Positions 54,209 through 64,000 of a DNA stretch of 64,000 nt are shown here, piece by piece (within the stretch, counting starts at the first letter, position 1; each line of letters begins with the position of its first letter). The DNA comes from Antedon mediterranea (taxonomy: Eukaryota > Animalia > Echinodermata), in contig NC_092673.1 of NCBI RefSeq assembly GCF_964355755.1, positions 10,168,001 through 10,232,000 on the forward strand, read 5' to 3'. The position numbers and the translations under genes are program-made. The notes under the pieces were generated by a model. The model had not been told where the DNA came from and made no database searches. It saw only the letters and a program-made list of their open reading frames with translations.

Positions 54209-56464
54209 ACGGAAAGTTGTACCTCTACGGCAGAGATCCGGAAGGAAACAGGCTGTCGTTGAAGACGAGGAAAGTGAAATTCACGTCGTACGTCGAAGAC
54301 GAAACGGACGGAGAATGCATCATGCGCAGAGGTGACGATCCAATTTCTTGCGCCAAGAAGTACAGGAGGCCCACGGCCGACGAAAGAAACGGCATCAAGG
54401 TCGACAACCTCTTCGGCAACCTCCCCTCGTCCGTGGGCGACCTGGACGCTCAGTGTGCGGTCGGGGTTCACGGATGCGCTTGGCACAGTTACTCCGAAGA
54501 CAAAGACGGCAACGTCGAAGGCTTGACGTACGACGAGCAGATCCACTTGGAACGACAGAACGTTCACCCGGTGCGACTGTCGGTGTTGTGCGTAGTTCTC
54601 AGGTGGGACGTGAACGGTCGAATAATTTCGGTGATGCTGTCCGACGGAAAGAGACTGCACGGCGAAAATGCGGAGATCGACACGCTGTCGGAAATCGCAA
54701 AGTCGATCGAATCTGCCGACGTGTTCGTGTATCACAGTGGTCGGGTCAAGGACAGCATCGTCGCCAGATGTCGGGTGTGCGAGGTACCCCTTGCCGTAGA
54801 CGGGTTCCCCGTGTGCTTGGACACTTCGAAACACGTACGGTCGCCGGCGGGCGGCGACAACGACTCCGTCTACGATTACGTACATCGGTTACGAATCTTG
54901 TCACGAGCTAGCGGCGAGCTAGTCGGCGAAGAAGCTAGACGACGACGTTTGCGTGCTGGAACGCTACGTGTCGGAGGTGGAAGCGAAAAAATTGGTCGAA
55001 ATCGAGACGAACTTGTCCAGAATAGTGGGAAGGTTCCCCAACGGATCGTCGACCGGCGTCCTTTCGTCGGTGCTGTGCAGAGAAGCGCAGCGTCAGCGTG
55101 TGGTGTTTCCGAGGAGCAATGCGGACCCGAAGCCCAAAGGAAGCGTCAACGAAGACGAAACGTGCAGAGGAGGCCTGGTGCTGGACACCGTGTCCGGTAT
55201 TCACAGAGACGTCGACGTGTACGACTTTCAGTTTTGCTATCCGAGGTTCATCATCGACAAAAACGTGGACAAGTCGACGGCTCTCGAAGACGGCTCTTTC
55301 GTCGACGCCGAAGTACGCGAAGGTCTGCTTCCGTCCGTCATGAAAAGACTGGTGTCGGCTAGAGAACAAAAAAACATCACTCCCCAGAACTCCGCCGTGT
55401 ACAAACAAGCGGCCAACGCATGCGTCGGATTTCTGTGCACGTCTGGCAAGAAAAGCCTTTACAACCACGTGACGGAAAAGTGCAGGGAACAACTGAACGC
55501 GCTAAAAAATTGCGCCGAAGAAAACGGTGCTCGGGTGCTGTACGGCGACACCGACTCGTTGTTTTTGGACATAGTTCCAGGCGGGAGACAGGAGCTGGAA
55601 GAGCAATTCGCCCGAGTCTTGGGCGAAAGAAGCTTTCAAAGGTTCAAACACAGGGAGACGCTTTGCGGCTTGCTGCTGACGGACAAGAAGAAAAGGTATG
55701 CGTGTCTCCATGCCGACGGGAGGGTGAGCACCACAGGGATGACGAGGCCCGGCGTCGAAAAATTCGCGTCTCGACTGGAACAGGTCATGATCGACATAGC
55801 CTTGAGGATCGGAGATAGCAATACGGCGGCCGACCGTTGCGTAAAAGAATTTTGTCGAGTCGTCAACGAACTGAAGGACGACGAAGCGATCGAGGTCCAA
55901 GGCGTTGTTCGAAAGGGCAAAAACGAGACGAACTCTCACAGATTCAAAAAGAGTTGCGCCGCCCTCGGATGCTACAGACAGACGCCTTACCACCTGAAAC
56001 ACGGAGGCGTTTCCTATCATCCGCTGTCGCATTCGTGCATCCATCCGACCGTGGAAGTCGAGCACTTGATCCGAGAGCTGAAACAATTTTGCGAACTCGA
56101 CAGAAGCAACGTTTTGAGCGTAATCGTTTGGAACGCGGAAGCAGGGGACTGCCGAACGAGCATATTGCATCGGTTGAAGGAGATCAAAGATACTTTGGAA
56201 AAGATTCCGACGCACCTGCCCCGGAAGGAGATGCAGCTCTGCGGAGGGTGGAATTTGTTCAGTGGCAGTTGCTGTTCCACGGTGAAGGTGTCGACCGCCG
56301 AAGAAGAGCGACAGGTTAGAAAAAACGAACCGGTCTTTCGAAGCGTAGATCTCGAAAACGGGGAGAGGAGATTATTCATCGTAAGATGTACAAACGCTTT
56401 GTGTTGCGACGCACACCGATTCTGGGGAAAGGCATGGAACTACACAGCAAAAGATGAAGCGTAA
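54169..56464 (+). pseudogene. polB: Family B DNA polymerase (RNA-primed type, ~765 aa) split by one frameshift near 54880-54925
   Basis: LYLYGRDPEG N-terminal motif; GGLVL; motif A DFQFCYP; GLLPSVMKRLV; motif B KQAANACVG; motif C YGDTDSLF; KKKRYAC. Confidence 0.9.
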
Positions 56465-56469
56465 AATAA

Positions 56470-56560
56470 TCCAAAAAAAATAAAAAAATAAATAAAAAAT
56501 AGTTTTAAGTCTACTTTTGAAATAAAAGAAAAAAAGAAATGGTTGAAGGAAATAAAAACA
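56470..56560 (+). terminator. A-rich spacer between convergent genes with several AATAAA polyadenylation signals
   Basis: Multiple AATAAA hexamers right after the polB stop codon. Confidence 0.45.
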
Positions 56561-56617
56561 CAAAAACCAAAAATATTGTTTAACAGTTTTTCTTGTATTC
56601 TTTTGTTTGTCAATTTG

Positions 56618-57805
56618 TCAAAGTATTGCGCATCCGCAAATCACGGTCACGTCCAGATCTTTTACGCCGAGCAGTAGATTCCCTGAAACAAACGACGAAT
56701 CGAGAAATTTGGGTGGTCGTTCGTCGATCTCGTCGTTCATGCATCGTTTCAACCACTTCCTTCTTATCTTGTTTTCGTCAACGGCGAGATCGTCTTCGAC
56801 AGGCTCTAGGTGTTCTCCTAGAAAAAGCGAAATCACCTTTTCCTTGCATTTCCTGTCCGTTTCGTGCAACACGGTCGATTCGGTTATGCAAGAAGGCAAC
56901 GTGGTCCCGGTCGCTCTCAACCGTTTCCAAACGCTTGGCAGGAACACGTCCGAGTCCGTCGTGAAAGCGGTGTGTCTTTCTTTGACCTCGGTGAGTAGCC
57001 TCAGAGGACGGACGAATTAGGCCGAGACGGAATTGAAATATTTTCCGTACGCCCACCAGTCTCTCAACGGGTTCGTTGCTTCTTCCACAACGTCCTCGAC
57101 GAATTCGAAGAATTCCACTTCCGCCAACTCGAAATTCAGGATGCTTTCCGTCGTTTGCGATCCTTCGAAAACAAGACGGGAAGATCTATCGGCCAGACCT
57201 ACCATCAGTCGTTGCGAGGTTTCCAGGGTTAAAAGGGCAGAGAAGAAGTCTGCGTTAAGCCATCCGATCTGGCGTCTGTCGTGCCCGACGAACATCGGAG
57301 GTGGGCCCAAATGCACGCCGCTTCTGCCTACGCCACCTTCCGTCTCGGCCAAATTGTCGAGGCAGGTTTCGACTGCGCAAGCGACGTTCTTCGGACACAA
57401 CGGTAGCGATCTGTTGTACGACAGACACAGATGCCTCAATATTATCATCAGAAGCTCGAAGTAAGGGTTGTCGGATCCGTAACGCCTTCCGTCGAAGTAC
57501 CACTGGAACGTTGGAGAGGGGTTGCCGCTTCTCACAAACACGCTCCAATCGTCCAGAGACTGTAGAGTTCGGGAAAGCGTCGTGTAGTCTGTGTAATCTT
57601 CGATTTTAGTCAACCAGAGACGACCGGTCAGATAACGCCTTCCGTAATCGTTGCCCTCCTCACCGCCACCGTCGTCGTCGTAGTCGTCGTAGTCGTACGA
57701 CTTGAAATGTCTAGGGTCGACTGTCATTATCTTTGACCACCTGACCTGCACGGCAGGTTGAGGCAATCCCAACTTCAACACCGGTCTCTCTTTGAACAAG
57801 TCCAT
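56618..57805 (-). pseudogene. BRO1/BROX-like domain protein (~395 aa) with one in-frame TAA at 57019-57017
   Basis: ORFs 57017..57880 and 56618..56947 share a frame and are separated by a single stop; likely start MDLFKE at 57805. PTFQWYFDGRRYGSDNPYFELLMII resembles the Bro1 F-x-W...D-x-x-FE motif. Confidence 0.5.
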
Positions 57806-57911
57806 AAGAAAGATTCTTGTGAAACATAACAACAACAACAACAACAACAACAACAATAAAAAAATAAATAAAAAACACATATATGTATATAAATTTCAAT
57901 TTCCTTTTATT

Positions 57912-58139
57912 TCAAACGACCATCATTTTCTTAAATTTAGAAGATAAAGTATTTTCACTTTCTGCTTTGCAATCTATCAATCTCTCTATTTTGTCGATCA
58001 CTTCGCATAAGTCTTTTTTGTTTTTTTCATCCACATCGCCGTCGTTGCCACTGTGTTGCTTTTTTTTTTTAAGGCGTAGCACTTTCAGAACCCTTTCCAC
58101 GTGGAAGACCGGCATTTCGATGTATATGTTTGTGCTCAT
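57912..58139 (-). CDS. Small basic/coiled-coil hypothetical protein, 75 aa
   Basis: ATG in good Kozak context; GC-richer core between AT-rich spacers; KKKK possible NLS. Confidence 0.45.
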   Translation of the reverse strand: MSTNIYIEMPVFHVERVLKVLRLKKKKQHSGNDGDVDEKNKKDLCEVIDKIERLIDCKAESENTLSSKFKKMMVV

Positions 58140-58613
58140 TCTTGTGTTGTTTTTTTTCCACTTTCTTTTCTCCTTTTCTGTGAATTTTGTAAATATTATT
58201 CTTTTCTTCCAAGTCTATTTCTGTATTAATATACTGTAAAATGTTACTATTTAATCAGTTATAGTTGGTTTTCTAAAATGTTTTTTTTTTTGCCCCTGCC
58301 TATTTCGAGTCGTTTTTCTCCGTCTGGAAAGAATCGCCAGCTTTTTCGGCATGATTCCTTAGTCCGTTATTACTTGTAAAACAATCTTTCTTCTTTTTTT
58401 TTTCTTTTCGGACTCTTCTTCGTCCACGACCTCGACAGGTTCAGCAACATTTCCAACGTTCTGAAAGTTCTGAAAGGCCTTGATCGGTCGTCTTCTCATC
58501 TACAAAGAAGAGTTTCTAAAGTCCAAATACTTGATCTTAATGTTTTTCACAGGTAAGAACTCATCGGGAGAATCTGATATTACAAAAAAAAAAAAAAAAA
58601 AAAAAAAATTTTT

Positions 58614-59365
58614 TCACTTTGTGACGTACCGTTTTCGTTTGCAACCGGACCTTTTGCAGCAGATCGGACGGTTCGACGGACTTATCTCCAGCAGTGTTCG
58701 ATCGTTCAACGGTTCGCCACAATCCAGCTCCTCTGCAATGCACTTTCGGGACAGTTCTGAATCGAATTTGTCGACGTGCCTTAATATCATGTCGAGGAAC
58801 GTGCGACCGGTTTGCTAGAGAGAAGCGACCGTCTGAAACTGAGTGTTGCAGCAAAGCGAAGGAGAAAACAACTGGAACTTTCTCGCTCGTCCGTCCACGT
58901 GGTACGGGATGGTGAACTTGACCGACGGAAACAGATCGTTGCTGTCGACCGTCAAAGATTCTAAAAGCTTAAGTCGTTCGACTACGTCCAGCACGCCGTA
59001 CATCCTACCTGCATGGTTCAGGTTGTTTGTCGAAATGTGCATAGGTACGCTCTTGTATTTTCTCTTATCGCCTGTTGCAGTTGGTAGTTGAGCGAAGTTT
59101 TCGTTCTCACGTTGAAGTTACCCCTCGTCGTGATGTTCGTCTATCCTGTGGAAACGAAATACAGCGCGGTCGATCCTCTTTTCAGAGGCGATTGAAATTC
59201 TATCATGTCGTCTTGCAATTTCGTGCCCCTCATGTGGATGGATTGCGCCGTCTCGCGCGTGTCGTACGGATATCGATGCACGATGTTTTGCGAAGACACC
59301 ACGTTCACCAGGAAGAAGTTCATCGACGCTCTGTTGCAACTGGATTGAACGGTTGTGTACGTCAT
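58614..59365 (-). pseudogene. Divergent TATA-binding-protein-like gene (two stops, one frameshift)
   Basis: Reconstructed LVNVVSSQNI...STALYFVSTG*TNIT...ISTNNLNHAG...NDLFPSVKF...KFQLFS...TFLDMIL is collinear with both TBP saddle repeats. Confidence 0.65.
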
Positions 59366-60057
59366 GATTGTTTCGTATTTTTCCTCGCCGTCTGTTGCAA
59401 TCGGGGTGGTTTTTTCACACCTTTTTTCAGAACCTGGATCCTCCGGATGCTGTTGTCCACCTTCACCAGCACGTCTCCGTTGGAGGTGCGTTGATGTTCC
59501 GAAAACATGGAGGCCAGAGACTGACGTTCCCGGTCGTTGTACGTGGCAAACACGACCGTTTCTGCGAATAACGACAGCAGATCGAGCGCCGATGTGAGGA
59601 ACGACATCGGCAGATCGGGAGCGTCGACCATGAGCTCCACGTGATCGACAAAGGTGGTTTTCGCCGCTTGTCCTTTTTCGTTCTGTAACCGTCGAACCTT
59701 AAAGTCTCCCACCACGATGCCCTCTTCTCTGTAGAGTAAGTGAACAAGGTTTTTCGTGGAAAACACCACCGCCAAACCGTCAAACGACTCGACTCTGGTC
59801 CTATGATCGCCTTAGTAGACGACGTCATCGACGTAAAACTTTCTCTTCTCCGGAATCGGGTTCAGGTTGTTCCTCAGCCGGTTCGTGAACCGTTCGCCGA
59901 GCACGTTCCGGAACCGATCCAACAAGGAAACGGGATCGGACGGCTTCGAGGAGAGAGCTTTGCAGATCCTCGGATCCGAGTTGATGTACGTGTACCAGAA
60001 CGTCGCCTCCTGTTCCGTCAGGCCGCCTCTCAGTTCCACCAGCTGCCGACAAAACAT
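59362..60057 (-). pseudogene. Hypothetical protein (~231 aa) with one in-frame stop at 59814-59812
   Basis: ORFs 59812..60057 and 59362..59775 are in the same frame; its stop overlaps the TBP-like start (ATGA). Confidence 0.6.
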
Positions 60058-60885
60058 TCAATTCACCAGGGAAAAAAAGTCATGCGCCCTCTATCGGTTG
60101 CTACCTTCAATATCTGCTCAGCGAAGCGTGCATAGTAACCGGAAGTGATGTTTTTTTCAAAACATTATTTCCGTAATCTTTAATCAACGAATGAGAAGCC
60201 TTCAAATTGTTTTTCTCATGAATAATTCATATTTAGTTGAAGATAAGGTATGGAAGAACCATGTGACGATCTCTTTTAAACGAAACGGCCATTTTAAGAC
60301 AGTCTAGTAAACCAACGATTTCGAGAGTAAGTTTTTAGATATTTAACAGTTTTTGAGGATCGTTTTTTTGTGTAATTTTGCACGCATATAAAATCAAAAC
60401 CTAATTTTTTAAGAAGTAAATGCAAACAAATATAATAACTATATACTATTTATATTTGTTACAAAAAAAATCACGCTGGTGTTATGTCCCATTTTTTTTT
60501 AAATGAAGCTGAAAATTGGTATATAATCCACGTGGTTAGTATTTCGGCCTAGCACTCTATATCACATGTCTAGGCCTAAACATAGGGCAAATCCAGCAGC
60601 AATGTAAATACGAAGTTCAAGATCAATAAAGAGACTTTGTATAAATATTAACATAATGTTATTATTGTAATTTTTATGCAATAATAATAAAAACATGTTA
60701 TATATAGGCCTTTTAGTCATAAACCATTATTATTACAATTATTATAGCCTACTAACTAAGATAATAGACCTCCAGGCCTAACCTAGTTAGACAATTATGT
60801 AGTAGGTATATTATTAATATAGTATAGACAATATAAAAAGGTTACTGTTTTGATCTGAGATTTTCACTAATTTTTGCCTACTATT

Positions 60886-63538
60886 TTATTTAAATTTCAG
60901 CTGCTTTCGGCTTTTTGGGTGTTCGACCTCCTTGATTATTTCAGGGACTGTGGACATGGTATGCGCTTTCATAATAGACGTCGTTCTTGAATTTTCATTA
61001 CGCATACCCCAAAATGACCGTTTCCTTCTGTTTATTGAGGCATGTATGGACTCTCCTCCCTGCTCTCCTAGCAGTCCTAACCCAACTCCCCACTTCTTAA
61101 TTGATGGCAGCACATGATCCTCAAGTAAATGGAGCTTAGGTGATATTCTCTCATTGTATTGGCGAAAGTGGTCCATAAAAGCCATTATTTTTTTCATCTG
61201 TATAAATATAAACGCAAATTATTTTAAATATAATTGATTACTTTTGTTCTTGTTCCAAAATTTTACAACTTGTAAAAAAATCTAGTTGATACATCTATAG
61301 TGGTTTGAAATAAAGAAAAATCATACCAATTGATTGAATGTCATCGGTTGTTAACACCCGGCAATGGTCAATACTGTTGTGTACTGCTGAATATTTAGAG
61401 AGTAAGTTTATGTATTTTACTTCAATCTCTGCTGCCTTCGCCATTATCAGTTGTCCCTTACTAATTGAAAAGAGATCTGCCTCTATACTGACCACTCTAG
61501 AAATGTTCTTGCATAGATCATCTATGACGTCAGACTTTTATTTAAAAAAAATTATAATACAGTATTGTAATAGTAGTAGTAATGTAAATAAGGATCATGT
61601 ATATAAAGAGGCCTACTACTATTATGTATTAGAATTAGAATACATAATTCTACATACAGTTAATGTGCATACCTTTAGTGCCTTGTGCACATGATTGCCA
61701 TTAAAAGATTTCCCATGAAATGGCTGTCGTTTAATACCATGATAATGGAGTGTCTGGTCCATAGATGCTACTATTGGACCAGTCCCAAACCTCAGTTGTA
61801 CGTCCATTTGCCTTTCCTATAGAAAAATACTTATGCAGGTAATTATGTTTGCTTTCATAGGTACAGAATAACCATGTGAGGTTCTAAGGCATCGATTTTT
61901 AGGGTAAGTAACAAGTAAAAACAAACAATATAATTATGAATGAAATATTGACGTACTGTTTCTGTCAACTCATCTTGAAGCTTTACTAGTTCATGCAATT
62001 GTTTAGACATTTTTGCCTTAGCATCCCCACTTTGATTTTTTAAATACAATAAAGGGATATCGTCTTCTATTTTCTCAATTTGTAGTAAAAGTTGATCTTT
62101 TTCTCTTGCCAATTCTGGAATTAAAAACAATTTAATTTATTTTTATTTATTTATTGAATTTTCTGCCATATACAATACAACGAAGACAAAACAAATATAA
62201 AAAGCAAGGAAAGACAACAAATAAAAACGAAAGGAGAGAATAAATAAATTATACCTTCTTGCTTCATAGCCACTGCCTTCACTAACTTATCAAACTTTGA
62301 TTTTGCTTGATCATCATCATAATCATCTTCTTCTGTACGATTTTTTCTTTTCATCAATATAGCAACATCCATTTTGTGGCATTCGCTTTCCAGCATCTCA
62401 TACAGTTTTTTGAATATCCCTAAAGAGATATGGAGGGTAGGGACGGACACCTGTAAAGATAATTATAAAAAAATACTTACGACATTTAAGATTATTTACT
62501 TGGTATTTAGAGTACAAGATAAAAATTACTTACTTGCTCAATTTCAATATCAATCATAGGCTCCCATATTACACTAAGTGATACATTCTTGGACATTTCC
62601 TTTTTCCCTCCATGTTCCTCAAATGCCTTTAAGTTTTCAGCCAATGACCTCAGTGTCCTACACTCTCCATTAATAGACTTTGTTTGCTGTTCCTCTTTGG
62701 ATTTTTTACAAAATAGGCAACAATACCGGCCTAAAACAAATATAATTTACTGTTAATATTATTTCACATTCTATTTTTTGTTTTGATAGAAAAAACATGT
62801 ATTGTTTTTTTATATTATGTTTTTTTACTACTTACAGTTTGGTCCATTGATTCCGTAGATTTTGATTAGAAAATCATAGTCACCAAAACAAAACATTCGC
62901 AGATTATACTCTCTGTGAAAGAAAAAAAATCCACATTTATAGATAAAGATAAGTGTATTTGTTACTCTGTTGTAATACATAGTATTTTATCCATGATAAA
63001 TGAAACAACATAACTACCTCCACTGTAGACCATTCAGTCCCATAACTTGCTCCGTCACTCTTGGTAATGTTTGCGACAAGTTATAGACGCTGTCCTTTGC
63101 ATGGAACATCAATACTACAACCACATTTCTGACTGCATTCGGATCAGCAACACTTACAATTTGTATTTCTGCCTTAAAACTCTCACCACCATGATCTCCG
63201 CCAAACTTCAGCCATATCTCATTGCCGTTGTATATTTTAAGTTTATTTTGCCTGTAAAATATAATAACATCGTTATTTTTTTTTGACAGGAACATACAAA
63301 ATGTGTGTACAGAATTGAGAAGATAAAATTATAAACTTACTGGCGGTACTCATCAAGGTAATTAAAAACCAAAGCCTTTATATCTGGTATGTGAACCACA
63401 GCTACCTCTTTCAAACTGAGACCTTCGTGCCGACTGGAATTAAACAACAGTAGCTCATTTTTTGATTTCAACTCGCAAAGCAGTTCCTTCTGGCATTCTC
63501 TCATCCTCTTCTCTGAAGGTATTAGTCCTGGAACATAC
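60886..63538 (-). CDS. Multi-exon Chapaev/CMC-like DDE transposase (RAG1/Transib-related fold); 5' part not resolved
   Basis: GGDHGGESFK; FGDYDFL; CCLFC; PTLHISLG; FNGNH; KLHLLEDH; GEQGGESIH. GT-AG exons approx. 63538-63341, 63251-63018, 62912-62836, 62730-62534, 62450-62255, 62114-61957, 61816-61673, 61534-61327 and 61197-60886; possible 1-bp homopolymer frameshift at the start of the last exon. Confidence 0.8.
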
Positions 63539-64000
63539 CTGAAAGTATAATAATATACTGTATATTTACAGTACTGTACTGTATATAATTGTTTATTCAT
63601 ATAAATACAGTAGGTATTACTTAAAGCTCAGGTACAGGCATGAATTTTAAATACAATATCTGGTTAATTGTACATAAATCAAATATTAGTAACAGAAATC
63701 AAGACGAAAAAACATGAATTTCCCTTAATATGGTCAAATACAAAATTTTGAAAAATTCTGCCATAAAAACCTGGAAGACTTTTTTTTCAGTAGTTAGGTA
63801 GTTTAACCTAATGTAATAACATATCTGGTGACTCCCTAGAAGGTGAAAAAAGATGGTGGATATACGGTGGATAATTTTTGCTATAGCATGAAAATAAAAA
63901 TCTGAAGTTGATTAAAAATACCAGAAATGTAAAATTCAAGTTATATTACCTATATTTAGTCATCTGATAACATTTTTTACCACACCGTTTATTTTTCATA

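Larger units (their letters stand above)
53400..60135. mobile_element. Putative endogenous large-DNA-virus fragment (EVE)
   Basis: Abrupt rise in GC and CpG, tightly packed or overlapping genes without clear introns, PolB plus TBP-like, BRO1-like and 2xCARD genes, scattered inactivating lesions. No capsid or packaging gene is visible. Confidence 0.75.

Noticed and set aside
57806-57880. Hydrophobic N-terminus (FLLLLLLLLLL) of ORF 57017..57880 as a signal peptide
   Set aside because: Derived from an (AAC)n microsatellite in the AT-rich spacer; the ATG at 57805 is the likelier start.
53400-60135. Polinton/Maverick or adintovirus assignment
   Set aside because: PolB lacks protein-primed features; no integrase, packaging ATPase, protease, capsid or (AG)n-type TIRs seen.
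53400-60135. Bacterial contamination or prophage
   Set aside because: CARD, TBP-like and BRO1-like products, AATAAA signals and lack of evident Shine-Dalgarno sites point to a eukaryotic system.
53390-60148. Many overlapping alternative-frame and antisense ORFs in the GC-rich island (e.g. 53390..54187, 54157..54885, 55502..56215)
   Set aside because: Shadows of the motif-bearing frames; no recognisable motifs.
60886-63538. True RAG1/ProtoRAG gene
   Set aside because: Motifs (GGDHGG, LHISLG, EQGGESIH) fit Chapaev/CMC transposases better; no RAG2-like gene or RSS-like heptamer/nonamer recognised.

Overview
Eukaryotic, probably invertebrate-animal, heterochromatin-like window; about 75% of it is tandem repeat. 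In order: a decayed LINE-ORF1-like gene (RNase H1-type hybrid-binding domain, coiled coil, SGNH esterase; 1-1526, -); an ~86-bp satellite (2.5-19.05 kb) interrupted by a full-length, degenerate 7.07-kb tyrosine-recombinase retrotransposon of Ngaro/PAT type with split direct repeats; a 27-kb (GA)nTAGATCAGC minisatellite bracketed by inverted arrays of an ~186-bp satellite; a tandem array of ~262-bp units, each with Pol III A/B boxes and an oligo-T run; and an intron-rich Chapaev/CMC-like DDE transposase gene (60.9-63.5 kb, -). The most notable segment is 53.4-60.1 kb, a compact, CpG-rich, essentially intronless gene island that I read as a decaying endogenous large-DNA-virus fragment. It encodes a tandem-CARD protein, a short RNA-primed-type family B DNA polymerase, a BRO1-like protein, a divergent TATA-binding protein and two ORFans. 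All protein calls come from reading motifs by eye; no database search was run.
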